Below, piece by piece: positions 1 through 14,770 of a stretch of 64,000 nt of DNA. Under the pieces are notes generated by a model, which did not search any database, was not told the origin of the DNA, and saw nothing but the letters and a program-made list of their open reading frames with translations. The translations under genes were made by a program, and so were the position numbers. The stretch's first letter is position 1, and every line of letters starts with the position of its first letter. The stretch comes from Chrysomallon squamiferum (lineage: Eukaryota; Animalia; Mollusca): positions 7,874,001 to 7,938,000 of the forward strand of contig CM022668.1 in the NCBI GenBank assembly GCA_012295275.1. The letters run 5' to 3'.

Positions 1-438
1 TAAAAACTGCTAGTATGTCGTGTTAATTATATTGATTTAGATAATTAAAATACTGCATTAGAACATTTAAATGTATTGCCTTAATTTATTCTTCATAGTC
101 TGCATTTGCAAAATATAATTTTTATTTTAACTAGTAATACTGATTGCAGTTAAGTTTGATTGTTTTTAATAAAAAGTATATATATAATACACTTTCATAA
201 ATGTCACATTGTCTATCATTTTTCACTTAATTTTTTCAGTGTAAATTATAAAAATAGGTAACATATAACAGTATTTATTTATTTATTTATCTATTATTTT
301 TCTTTATTATTATTTATTTCATATTTTAGACTTATAATTGGCTTCTCTCTATTTCTACTTTTGAATCTTTCCTGTTAAATATGACAATATTGTTTTCTTT
401 TTTTAAGATCTTACTTTACTTTTTTCCTCTTTCTTTAG

Positions 439-532
439 AGTCATCTAAACAAAAGAGGGGTCACATGACTGGCATTGTTGTTGGTGTATTTGTATGGATG
501 CTTCTCATTGTCATATTCATAAGCATTTCCTG
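439..532 (+). CDS. Penultimate coding exon: juxtamembrane segment and transmembrane helix of a type I membrane protein (xSSKQKRGHMTGIVVGVFVWMLLIVIFISISW)
   Basis: Polypyrimidine tract and acceptor ttcctctttctttAG (437-438), donor TG|GTattt (533). Encodes a ~21-aa hydrophobic stretch. The phase-2 end joins in frame to the exon at 1549 (TG+G = Trp). An alternative acceptor would start the exon at 441. Confidence 0.85.
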
Positions 533-605
533 GTATTTATCTTATTTAATTAAATATGTTTAGTGTTCTCATTCATAGATCTTTAATTAGATTATATATA
601 CTCAT

Positions 606-606
<1 letters not shown>

Positions 607-696
<90 letters not shown>
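607..696. repeat. (CT)n microsatellite in the last intron
   Basis: Pure CT run. Confidence 0.95.
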
Positions 697-702
<6 letters not shown>

Positions 703-1112
703 ACAATCAGATTTTATTTATTATTACATGCTCTGTCTCTATAAAGGTATTTTCAACATATGTCAGTATTGGTATCTGTCTGTTTGAATTGTACCTCTTA
801 TGGTAGGATTTGTGGTGTAAAAGAAATTCTTTATGCTTTCAAGTATTATTTTACAAGTTTTGTGATGTGAACCATTGATAATAACAAAGGATGACTGTCC
901 TAACACAGACAGAAAATATTTGGTTGCTGTGATTTTACATTCTTTTGATTTCACTCAGTATGAGTTATAGTATAATTTACTTCACCAATACTAGAGAAAT
1001 CTAAATGCTTGATTTTGTCAAAACTGCAGACAAATGGTTAGGTCCATATAACTGATTCTAAAACTATCCCTTTTGAAATTATATTTCATTATTAATTAAC
1101 ATACTTAAAATG

Positions 1113-1146
<34 letters not shown>

Positions 1147-1548
1147 TATAATAAAAAATAAACAAAGAAACAAAGAAACAAAAAAGTAAATAATAATAAT
1201 GAATGAATAAATTAAAATACATACATATGCAAATAAATATATTTTTAAAAGATAAAAGACTGTGAAAGTATACGGAATAAATTTACACTATCAAAGGTAT
1301 ATTTTAGTTTTATAATGATATTTTAGGGTTCAAGGTCAGTTGTATTGTTGCCAATTTCAAATATTTAGTTTTAATTTATTATTACTTATTCGTATTCTGT
1401 TGGTAATAACGTTGAATAGTTAATTTTTAAAACTGACATTTTTGAAATTCTGTATCTCTGATAAATACAAATAAACATTTATAATTTGTATTTTGTAAAT
1501 CATTATTCATCACAAAATATCAGTAGTGTGATTTATTTTTTTATTTAG

Positions 1549-1789
1549 GATTCGAAAAAGGAAACAGCGTGTTAAGGAATCTATGAATGTGGCACATAAC
1601 AGGTACGAGAGAATGAAAACACCACACGATCCCTCAAGCATCAACATGTACGAGATCAACTGGAATCTGGGCTGGAAGAAGGAGGAGGAAGAAAACACGC
1701 TGACATCCAGTGATGACAAAGAAGAGGCTGAAGCTGCAGCCTCACCAGATGACAAAACGAGAAACCAAATGAAATACACGCGATTCTAG
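1549..1789 (+). CDS. Terminal coding exon: cytoplasmic tail IRKRKQRVKESMNVAHNRYERM...EEEENTLTSSDDKEEAE...KYTRF*
   Basis: Acceptor tttttttatttAG (1547-1548). Open frame to TAG at 1787-1789. Basic stop-transfer cluster RKRKQR follows the TM helix, and GC content is higher than in the flanks. Confidence 0.85.
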
Positions 1790-2330
1790 ATCTGCAGACT
1801 TAATCATCAGTCAAAAGAGACTTAATTTGTCAGTAAACTGAGATTTCCCTAAAGTAATAAATTGTGTTTTCTATTAAATGATGAAATTTGTTTTCTGTGA
1901 AATAATAATCATTTGTTTTCTTTAAAGTAGTAAAGTTTTGTTTTCTGTGAAAAAAGGAATTTTTGTTTCCTATAAAACAATAAAACAAATTTCTTAAAAA
2001 TTATTTTTAAAAAGTTCTGTAAAGTTTAAACAAGTTTGTTTTCTTTAAAATCAGATTTAAAAAAACTGTTTCTGCATTGGAAAGGAATTTTCTTTAAAGA
2101 ATAAACTTTAAATAATAAAGATTTGTTTTCAACAAAGTAATTTTCATTTTCTATAAAATTATAATCTGAAATTTCTGGGAAATAATGACAACATTTCTTT
2201 TAAAAATCTCTATGATACCCTGAGTGAAAATATTCACATACCCATTTTTTTTACTGCATTAGTTTTAAACATATGAATATAACAACTTTTTTTCTTTCTT
2301 TTTAAATAAATAAATAAATACTTTTTTTTT
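1790..2330 (+). other. Probable 3' UTR with several AATAAA signals and a degenerate AT-rich repeat (aaatttgttttctgtgaaa-like)
   Basis: Follows the stop codon. AATAAA near 1855, 1979, 2100 and 2306. The true 3' end is unknown. Confidence 0.5.
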
Positions 2331-2836
2331 CATGACAATTTGATGAATTTTATGTGTTATTTTAGCTATTTTAATCAGTGATTCAAACATATTATTGTGA
2401 AGAAAAAAATTAAAAAGATCACAATTAAAGATTTAAAAAAACCAGACTGAAGTGAAATATAATAAGCAAAAAACTGAAAACGCATGATAACACAAAATTG
2501 TAAACAAGTTAATAATCGAGCAAGAAAAAGCAGAAATCAATTTTTTGTAAAGACTGAATCTGCATGAATAATTATCGGCTTTACGATTACAAAATTCCCC
2601 AAAGACTGGGTCTCCATAAACAAATAACGTCACAATCGCTTAATTTATAATTAATGGCGGACAGAGATACATTTTTGTCTGCAGTTAATTCAGCTTTTGA
2701 GCAGTTGTAGTTTTTTCCTTGAGTAATTACTACCGTTAATTAAAAAATTAAAATTAATCCAGATTGAGTTTAGTGTACGGAGATAGAGATTCCGAAACAG
2801 CGAGTCAAATATTAAGATTCTTTGGAAAGGTAAGAT

Positions 2837-2837
2837 T

Positions 2838-2871
<34 letters not shown>

Positions 2872-2874
2872 AAC

Positions 2875-2927
<53 letters not shown>

Positions 2928-2943
2928 CAACAACAACAACAAC
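2837..2943. repeat. Compound (CAA)n-(AAT)n-(CAA)n microsatellite
   Basis: Seen directly. It explains the polyQ/polyN ORF 2764-2994. Confidence 0.95.
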
Positions 2944-3391
2944 TTGAAGAAAAATAAGAACAGCAACAAGAAGAATAACACAATAAGTAAATAAATAAAT
3001 AAAAAATAAATGGTTATTATTGAAATGTAAAAGATGGAAGGAAGGAGAAAAAAGGACATACACACAACTGTGTAAAGAAAAGTGCAAACTGAATGACAGA
3101 CGCACACGCACACACACACACACAAATATTATAATCATAATCTCGTGATAGAATATTTTACATTTGTTTATTTCAACAGACGCAACACTTGTAAATAGAT
3201 ACATAAATATTTTTAATCACTATAAAATAAAAATAAAAAAAAAATAAAAATAGGAAAAAAAAAAAAAAAACATTAAGTGCGAGGATGAGATTTCAGGGTT
3301 GTTAAATTTATTTCCTCTGGTTCCTCTTTCAGTATGATAGTGTCTTTTTAGACACTCATATCTATATTTATACCTATATCTATATCTATAT

Positions 3392-3398
3392 GTGTATG

Positions 3399-3432
<34 letters not shown>

Positions 3433-3526
3433 TGTAGGTATGTATGTATGTATGTATGTATGTATGTATGTATGTATGTATGTATGTATGTATGTATGGA
3501 TGTATGTATGTATATGTATGTATATG

Positions 3527-3559
<33 letters not shown>

Positions 3560-3618
3560 ATGTATATACATATATATACTTTCACCTTGGATTTTACTGA
3601 TCTGGATCTCTGTCTCTC

Positions 3619-3653
<35 letters not shown>

Positions 3654-3675
3654 AGCACACGCGCATATACATACA

Positions 3676-3757
<82 letters not shown>
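3392..3757. repeat. (TATG)n/(TATATG)n tract followed by (CT)n tracts
   Basis: Seen directly. Confidence 0.9.
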
Positions 3758-3758
<1 letters not shown>

Positions 3759-4397
3759 ACGTTTTAATGCATACATAAATACATATCATGTACAGCCTTA
3801 TCTGCCAAAAATATCTTTGTCTTTCGGTCTGTCTGTATCTCTATTTATTAGTCTCAGAGGAACCATTATTTTCTAACAAGTAAACAGAACCATAACAAAT
3901 GTAACGGTCTCATTATTAACAGGTTTTTTTCTGGGATGGCGTCTTGAAAACAAGTATATTGTATTTCACATTAATCTCACTTATCTGGAGGCGATGTTGT
4001 AAACGCCTGTTTTCCCAAACAAATGTCTATTCTGGGAATTGTTAATCATGCAGAAATTTTTACTCGTTCAATGCGCATGTTCGTTCAACCGTGACGTTAG
4101 TTCAGTTTCTGTGACAGACATGGCTGCGTACATTCTTGTCAGTTAGTAAAATTATTAAATTTAAACTGTTCCAGCAGATGGGAAAACACAATATTCTTCT
4201 TCTTCCACTTAACACTAATACGCGGATCAAAACCAGATGTTGTTTGTTTGGCTGTCTCCGCAGCTTAAATAAAATAAAATAAAATAAAATAAAATAAAAT
4301 AAAATAAAGGACATAAAACTAACTAACTAACTAAATAAATACATAATAATAATAATAATGATGATGATAATGATAATAATAACAAATAATAATAATA

Positions 4398-4434
<37 letters not shown>

Positions 4435-4702
4435 TGATAATGATGACAAATGATAATAATAATAACAATAATAATAATATTAATGATAACGACGAAAAAT
4501 TATAATAATAATCATAATCACAATCATAAAAAGAATAGCAGTAACGATGATGATGATGATGATGTTGATGATATTAATATTAAAATTTAAAAACTAACGG
4601 AAAATATAATGGTTATTTTCTTAATAATATATTATTATTATATAATCTAGTTCTTCTTATTCGTTCTTGTCACTTTCATCCTCTTCTTAAAATAACACGA
4701 AA

Positions 4703-4810
<108 letters not shown>

Positions 4811-5269
4811 TGGTGATCTGATGGTCTGTAGATATCGTACCAGCGTTCATCACATTTAACTTGTGTCTCCTATCATAAACTGTAATCGGTAATAATCTTT
4901 CCGTGTTTACACTCAGGGGAGGGGGGGGGTGTCGTCACGGAGAATCTCTTTCACAGCTCCCTTAAGCCTGCGGAAACGATATCGGGGGAAACACTTGGAA
5001 CAAACAGCAGTCGTGATCTCGTGATTTCCAATACTCCCAGAGAGAGGAGATATTACTTTTACTACTGAGCATTAACCTAAGCGGCGAACGGCGTAGAAAA
5101 ACGACGACACGATACAGTGAAACCCCCAAAATACGCGCTCCATTTTAACACGAATTCAGACGTGACGTCATCAGTTATTGGACACATTTTGGTTTTACTG
5201 AACAATTTTCGTGGTTATTTTAACTTCGTGTTTTCCTTTTTTCTTCTTTCTCATTTATTTATTTATTTA

Positions 5270-5330
<61 letters not shown>

Positions 5331-6027
5331 CGTTGTTGCTATTATTCTTATCATTATAAATTTATTTATTTATTTACTTGTTTTTAGATTAAAAAGAAAC
5401 AAACTAAGACAAAATGAATGCAAATAAATGAGTTAATTCCTGAATTTTTTTTCTGAAAGATAAATTACTTACCAGAGTATAAACGCATAATTAAAAGAAA
5501 TAAATTTAAAATAAATAAATAAATAAATAAATAAATAAAAAAAATATAAAAGATAAATGGATGGATGAATTTAAAAATAAATTGAGTTAATAAAAATAAT
5601 AAGAAAAAAGAAGTTAAAAAAGAAAAAAGAAAGAAAAAACAAAGCGGACATTCAGGAGGTCTGGTCAACCATTAGGAATTACACGCTGTTTCGATTTATC
5701 GAGACTCGTTTTTATCGCGATGACGTTTAACGGACGTCAACGACCGCAGTGCAGCAGCTGGCAAGATGGCAGACAATAAAACCAGTTCTTTCACACCATC
5801 ATTGTAATCTTACTCTCTGAAAGTAAACGCTTCATATTTAATAACAATATTAAAACTGACTATTCTTATCAGGAATTAACAATTATGTACACCTCCACCC
5901 CAACACACATACATTTAAAATAATCCTCAGTAAAATTTATTTATTTTATGTTCCTTTTTATTTTCTTCCTTTTATTTAATGTATTTTGTTTTATACTGAT
6001 TGTTGTGATAATTATAAATCACATCTC

Positions 6028-6076
<49 letters not shown>

Positions 6077-6483
6077 CAACAACAACAATAATAATAATAA
6101 TAATAGGATGATCCTGAGACAAACAAACAAACAGACATACATAGGACAATCATACGAAAATACAGAGAGACAGACTAGCGGACAAAACACGAACACTGAG
6201 AAAAAAAAAAAAATACAGACAGAAAAACAGTTTAAAGCAAAACAGACAAATATTTGTAAGAATAATTAAATTAAATTAATTTAATTTTGTACAAATCTTT
6301 GAAAACAGTGACATTTTATTGATTTTTCTACTTCCATGAATATTTAATATTTTTTCATCAAAAAAAAAAAAAAAAAGAAGAATATTTCGAATGAAAGAAG
6401 AAGAAGAAATTTTTTTTTTTTAAATTTAAAAAAAAAAATCCGTTTTATCGATATTTCTACCTTTTATGGACGCAAAAATCTTC

Positions 6484-6523
<40 letters not shown>

Positions 6524-7127
6524 GAAGAAAAAAAAAACGAGAGAGAAAAACAAATAAATCATATCGAGTAAAATAAAAAAAAATGTCAGAAAGTGTTTGA
6601 AGAATATTTTATTGATATTTCCACTTTGATCGAAATAAAACTTTTTTTTTTCCCAAGCATTAAATCAGCAAAGCACTGTTGTTTTGTGATCTCGTAAAAA
6701 AAATATCTTAATCTTTAGTTTACCCAATAATTACTTTATACTCTGACGATAACGGAAATTAAAGCGGTCATTGACATCGAATACAAATCTGGCTCTGGAA
6801 AAATAAAATAACGATAAAAACTAAAAATGTTTTACAGCCCAAGAAATCTGCATTGTGTTGGCTGAGACATTAAAGGTTGTCAAGCAATCGGCGAAACATG
6901 CTATGTCAATTTGCATATGACTATAATGGGCGATAACAATAAGGAAATATTGGTTTTGTGGAGATTTTCGTAATGGCTTGGACAAGTAGAATGAAACGAG
7001 AGACAGAAGATGCAGTTGAAAACGAGTGAGAACAGAATGGAGTGCGGAGAGGGATGAAAATTTGTGTTGTATGATTGAGTGAGTGAATGAGAAAGAAAAA
7101 AAATTGAGAGGGGGAGGGGTAGGGAAG

Positions 7128-7865
<738 letters not shown>

Positions 7866-8028
7866 GTGAGTGTATATTTACTGCGTACGCTGTAGAACGA
7901 GAGCAACGGTAATAAATAAGAAAATCTCAAAGAGTGATTTATGTTAATGACAAAACTCGTTATTTCTTCACGGAACATTAAATCACCACTGAGACCGCTC
8001 CTAAACATTTGTTGTACCTAAGTGAAGC

Positions 8029-8080
<52 letters not shown>

Positions 8081-8100
8081 AATACGAGGAAAACAGTATC

Positions 8101-8182
<82 letters not shown>

Positions 8183-8371
8183 AATAATAAATAAACTAAT
8201 TTCAAAAAGTAGGTAAACATCCAGAGATAAAACAAAAATCGACAATACAAATAAGCAGACAGACAGAGAGAGAGATAGGCAGAGAAGGACAGAGGGAAAC
8301 AGAGAGAAAGAGAAATATATAGATGGAGAGGGAACATAGAAACCAACAACCTTCGTTGTGTTTCAGACACA

Positions 8372-8632
8372 ATGTTAGTATGTTAGAGACTTAGTAGTAT
8401 AGTGTTACTGCATTATTATTGATGTACAAGTGTTAAACTGTTAGTGTAGTATTGCTAAACTGTTAGGGTTAATGTGGTAATAGGTTAGGGTGTTAGACTG
8501 TTAGAGTCAGTGTGTTGGTATGTTAGTGTTAGTCTGTTAATGTTAGTGTTACAGTGAATCTACTGATATGTTAGATGTTAGACTGTTGGACTGTTAGTGT
8601 GTTGGTATGTTAATTTATTAGTGTTTGTTAGA
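8372..8632. repeat. Degenerate TGTTAG-based low-complexity repeat
   Basis: Recurrent tgttag, ctgttag and gtgttgg words. Confidence 0.7.
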
Positions 8633-8889
8633 GAGGCTGACATAACATCTATATTGAAAACATTACCAAAGACCACTTTCTTGTTATATAGTTATGATTT
8701 ATTTTTCCAGTTTTTTTAGCTAGTCTTTTAATTATATTATACAATTTTTAAATGTACTCATTTATTTTTACCACCATGTTAACAAGTCCACCTATATGTT
8801 TGCATTTTATTTTAAAATGTCTTTTATATTTTAGTTTACACTGTAAAGCACTCTCAAACGTATTTGGAAAAGGTGCAATATAAATATGG

Positions 8890-8958
<69 letters not shown>

Positions 8959-9830
8959 TAATAATAATAGTAATAATAATAATAATAATAATAAAAACAA
9001 CAACAACAATAATAATAATAGTTATAATGTTGTGATGATGATGATGATGATGATGATATGTTAAAATGTTAGTATGTTAATGGATTAGAGACAATGTTTA
9101 CGAGTGTTGCAGAGTTTGTGTTGGAGTGTTAATAAAGGTGTCTTTCAAACTGCTCTAAGCTGTAATAAATTTGCGAATACCTGCCAAAAGAAAAATTGCT
9201 AAATGTTCAAGACTGTAATAAAATAAAAGTACATTAAAAAGTTACGATAAAAATAAATTTCAAAAATTCAAAGAAGTATGTAAACACCATCCGATAAATA
9301 TTTTTTTAAATGTCAAATTAAATTTAAAAAAAAAACAATTTATTGCGTAGTCTCTAAGGTTATACCAATCAATAAATTTAAAGCACAATCTGTTATTGTT
9401 CAAGAGAGCACAAATCTAAAACTATTTTAGCACAATACAAGTTTAACGGTAAGGCTAAATTAATCCATAAATTTAAAATCTCAAAAATCTATTAAAGTAA
9501 AGAGGCAAATGTGGTGTTAGGTTACACTAACCGATAAATTTTAACTTCAAAACGAGTGCTGAAACTTAATGGAAGTTTAACGTAAAACCAAACCAGTCAA
9601 TAAACTAAGTTAATTTAAAATTAAATGTATGGGATTTTTCTGCTGTACAGTTTAAACGTGTCACACACACACAGATGTGACACCACTGCCTGTCACAGGA
9701 AACATTAAAGTAAAATACGCAAATCAGGCATCTCACTGACTGTTTAATCATTAGCAATTTCAAGAAAAAAATAAATATATATAAAAATACAAAATACAAA
9801 GCCGTATTATAAATAAATAAATATATAAAT

Positions 9831-9880
<50 letters not shown>

Positions 9881-10440
9881 AAAGAAAGTAATAAATTAAA
9901 AATAAAATAAAGAAGGAAATTCAAATATATTAAATACATATTAACAAAAAACAAACACCACATCATAAGTAAGTAAATAAGGTACTAAAGCATAATCTAT
10001 CTATCTATCTATATATATAAAAGAAAATTTATAATGTAAAAATAATATATATATATTAATAATATATATATATATATATATACATACACACACACAAATG
10101 TTAATATATATATAAATATTTAGATATATACAGAGGGTCAGCAAGAAGTAAATAAATATTATAAAACATGACTGTTTATCTTCATTTAGTTAGTGTCAAC
10201 CGGGACCCGGAATCGATCCTATCGCTTCACCAGCGGGAATTCTCCTGCCTCTGGGTAACTCAATCTGATCATAAATACTGGTGAACACCCCCAGCGTCAG
10301 TAACGAAGACTGATTTAACCCGGGGGTCCAGCCAAGGCGGCGCTCATGAATACCGCCACCCAGAAATTAAACTAATTAAATTCAACGACTCGTGTTAATT
10401 ACCTTTCAGGTGAATGGATGAGGTTAAACAGGGGACAGTG

Positions 10441-10454
10441 GCGCCACCTGGGGA
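10441..10454 (-). promoter_or_regulatory. CTCF-like motif (TCCCCAGGTGGCGC)
   Basis: Matches the AGRKGGCGC core of the CTCF consensus CCASYAGRKGGCRS. Confidence 0.4.
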
Positions 10455-10710
10455 AGAAATCAGGCGCGACAACTCCACGGCTATCATACACTGCATGCAT
10501 CATTAGTGCTCCGATTAAGACGATTATAGTCTGCGACCAATTATCAGTGTATTTCCATTAATTAGAAAAGTACATGCGCGAATTAATGTGCTAGCTTTGA
10601 TCATAGTAGTTATGGTGGCGGGCATTAGCTGGGCATTAAGTTGGACATGTATAAGTACGAGCGCAGGTGTTTCTGTGCATATCACTTTGATGTATGTTTG
10701 TTTCAGTTCA

Positions 10711-10773
<63 letters not shown>

Positions 10774-10888
10774 AAATATATGCGAAAGAGAGACTTAGAG
10801 ATAGAGAGAGAGCAAGAGAGAGACAGAGAGAGAGCAAGAAAGACAGAGAGAGAGAGAACAAGAGAGACAGAGAGAGAGACTTAGATAA

Positions 10889-11017
<129 letters not shown>

Positions 11018-11333
11018 ACATTAAAAAAACCAGATAGATGAAGATACTCATTTTGGGAAAGCGATCTATTTAGCTAAACATTGTAATTCCGATATTTAAC
11101 CTCTCCACCAGTTTAACTGATAACAAATAATTTGAATTAATAAGAAAATAAAGAATCATATAATTATGATTATGATGATATTACCAATAACAGTAGTAGT
11201 AGTAGTAGTAGAAATAGTAGTAACAACAACAACAACAGTAGTAACAGTAAGAGTAGTAGTAGTAATAATAATAAAAATAACAACAACAGTAATAACAATA
11301 AAATTTACATATATATATACATGTGTGTGTGTA

Positions 11334-11383
<50 letters not shown>

Positions 11384-11387
11384 GCAG

Positions 11388-11474
11388 TTAAAGGGAGTCA
11401 CTCAGGCGTGTCTTTTTCTCATTGTTTGTGCATTTAATATTAATAACCCAAAACAGTACCTGGCACAAAACAAC
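11388..11474 (+). mobile_element. Terminal fragment of a TTAA-target DNA transposon (Kolobok-like), copy 1
   Basis: TTAA|AGGGAGTCACTCAGG... start. Near-identical inverted copy at 41534-41620. Superfamily inferred from TTAA plus an RR terminus. Confidence 0.6.
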
Positions 11475-11480
11475 AACAAA

Positions 11481-11515
<35 letters not shown>

Positions 11516-11863
11516 AAATAAAAACGAAGAGAAAAAAGTTTTATTGTTTTTCCGGTGACAGATAGAGACAGACACCCTGTTACTAATTGCTCTATTTTTA
11601 GTAACAAAACGTCACATGTCTGCACTAATTAGCATTCAAGCGTAAACATGGCGGAAAAGTTTCGTGAGAAGAAACTCATCAGTATTAGTGACCCGGCGTT
11701 GTGGTAGTGATGTTGTCAGAACCGACACGCAGGGTGATTAATGACGTCGTGTCTTCTTGTTCTAACACGTTCAGAATGCTACTGAGTGCGTGGTGTACGT
11801 GTGTGTGTGTGCGTGCGTGTAAGTTTAGACTTAACTATTAATGTACTTGTTTACGTTTAGGTG

Positions 11864-11894
<31 letters not shown>

Positions 11895-12606
11895 GTGTAT
11901 GTATGAATGTATGTGTGTATGTATGGTATATATGTGTATGTATATGTATGTTTGTATGTATGTATATTATTTATGTATGTTGTTTGCATATGCATGTGGA
12001 TATAATTATAGAGAACACGAATTTATATGTATATATGAAACAATATAAAACGACAACATGAATATATGCAAGTATATAAATTTATGATGATGATGTATAT
12101 ATGTATGTATGTGTATATTTGTATGTGGTACTACTACTGGATATAATTATAGAGAACGCTGTCTATATAACAACAACAACAACGACAACAGTAACATTTA
12201 TGATGATGATGATACATGCTGGTACTACTACTACTATTACCATTATCATTACTATTACTATTTAGCACAAAAATAAAAAAATAAAAAATTTGTAGAAGAA
12301 AATAATAATACAAAATCCAAAAAAATCTGAAAACCCTTCAAAAATAATATTTTCGAAAATTAAATTTAGAATAACAAATAAAAAAAAAAAAAAAAGAAAA
12401 AAAAAACTGAAAGAGAAAATCTGCAAGGAAAGCAAATGTGATTTGTAGAATGACACATTGAGGTTAACATAAAGAAGATAAATCACATTTGTTGGAGACA
12501 TGTCAGAGTGACGGACAGACGGACGCACGTGCTGCGATTACTGACGTAGATCGAGGAAGAACTGTCAATTTGCCGAGGCAGCCATTTTGAGAAATTTAAA
12601 ACAGAA

Positions 12607-12644
<38 letters not shown>

Positions 12645-12906
12645 CGTTTATAGAATTAGTGCTAACAGAAAAAGAAATACAGAGAATATTCTCAACTCTT
12701 TCATGATAACAACAGCGGCAACAACATCATCACTAATGATGATGACGATGATGATGAAAATAATAATGGTTATGATGATGATGTTGTTGATGATAATGAT
12801 GGTGAAGATGAAGATGATGATGATAATGATGATAATAATAATAACAACAACAGAAACAATAATAACAGCATTTGTAACAACAACAACAACAGTCATAATA
12901 GTAGTA

Positions 12907-12941
<35 letters not shown>

Positions 12942-13912
12942 CAAAAAAAAAAAAAAAAAAACAACTCAACAAATCGCAAAGAAATTAACTAATAACTTTT
13001 ATGACAACAGCACCAACTGCAACAACAACATCAACCACGAACGTCTGCAGCATCAGTAGCAGAGACAGCGGTTGTAGTGCAGCAGAACTGGAATAACAGC
13101 AGCTACCTAAAATTTCACTATTTGTTGTTTGAAGTTTTGTTTTAGAACAAAAACAAATTACATATAAATAATGTATATGCGTATGTACTATAATTAACTT
13201 CACATAGACGTCCTCGGTATTGTTGAGCTGGTTTCCAGTTTTTGTTTATTTTTAAAAGTTTGTTGTGTCTACAGACTGGAATGTTTATTGTAAATGTCGA
13301 TCTTCTGAATAATTAAAGATGGCTTCCTACAGGGAGACAAAAAAATAAAACAATAGTTTTAAGAAATTGATTTCATTCGTTTCGGCTTTTGTTGAAAACC
13401 ACGCTGGTGTAATTGTCCAGACAAATCAGAAACACGGAAGTGAAATGAGGAAGAGAATGAAGAAGAAGAAAAAGAAAGAAAAAAAGAAAAATAGGGAAAA
13501 AAGAAAAGAAGAAAAAGTACAAAGAAAGAACGAAACACATTAAGACAAGAGTATGTGAGAAAAACGTATAAAAAGAGAAAAAAAAACAACGAAGATAAAC
13601 GTTTGAGGGAGGGATTAGAAAAAAGACTGAAGAAAAAGCCAGAACGATGGAAAGAAAAATAGAGAAATTTTTAAAAAATTATAGCATAACTGAAGGCAAC
13701 ACATGACTCACTGCTTTATTAATATTTTCATAACAACTAGCGTGACTATTCGTCGTTTTCCAAACACGTTCCATACATTAATAAAATAACAATGAGTGGG
13801 AAAAAAGATTAATGATGTTTGAATCTGATTTCCTCGGAACAAGTCGGTGATCGTCGTCCTTGCATGCATTTTATAAATATCATAATGTAATGAAATGGTC
13901 AGAACTGGTCAT

Positions 13913-13972
13913 CCGAGATCAGCCGAGGTCAACCGAAATGAACCGAGGTCGACCGAGATCAGCCGAAATGAA
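13913..13972. repeat. Six-copy 10-bp tandem repeat (CCGARRTSRR)
   Basis: ccgagatcag ccgaggtcaa ccgaaatgaa ccgaggtcga ccgagatcag ccgaaatgaa. Confidence 0.85.
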
Positions 13973-14727
13973 CGATCAACAAACCCGAATGTAATCTTAC
14001 GCCGACGGTTTTAAGAAGAAAGGAAGTAGTGGAAAGGTCATGCGCAGAGCAGAATTAGGCGGAAATTACTAAACCCGCAAACAAGTTCCCAGTGAAATGG
14101 GTAGAATTATCTCGAAATGAGATAAACAGTCTCTGAAAAGGAACGTGAGATGCTGAGGAAGAAGAAATTTAAATATTAATTAACTGTTCTGTTTTTCTTT
14201 ATCACAGTAACATCACAAAATATTTGTGTAAACTAATAACAACAGTAAGAGGAAAAGTTTGGTCTGAAAGGGAATTTTTTAGACTGTCAGTGAAATAAAA
14301 ATATTAGTTATTTCATATTTATAATACAATTGAAAATAATAAATGTTCACATTTTCGGATATAAATGGTTGACAACGTTGATAAACTGCTTAAAACAACG
14401 ACAGCTAACAACGACAGAAAACAACAACAACAGCAAATAAATAGAAAAGTAAATAAAATAAAATGAAATAAAATAAAGTAAATAAATAAATAAAAATATA
14501 ATGTTTTGTCTATATTATTAAATAAAATGAAGGAAAAATATTTTTAAACGCTATTGGTAATGGTGACAATGACGATAATGGTTGACGATGATATTAGTAA
14601 GAATGAGAAGGGACATATATTATTCATTTCAAAGCAAAATTAATAAACAAAATTTAAAAGAAAGTTTGAATGTATATACTCCCTCTGTTGTGTAATGTTA
14701 TCAGTAGTGATAAAAAATAAATAACGA

Positions 14728-14770
<43 letters not shown>

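Noticed and set aside
2764-2994. PolyQ/polyN ORF and a possible small exon ending at the donor AAG|GTAAGA (2829/2830)
   Set aside because: The homopolymers come from a CAA/AAT microsatellite. The short unique part has a weak acceptor and no recognisable partner exon.
8372-8632. TTAGGG words suggesting interstitial telomeric repeat
   Set aside because: Only two isolated TTAGGG within a degenerate TGTTAG tract.
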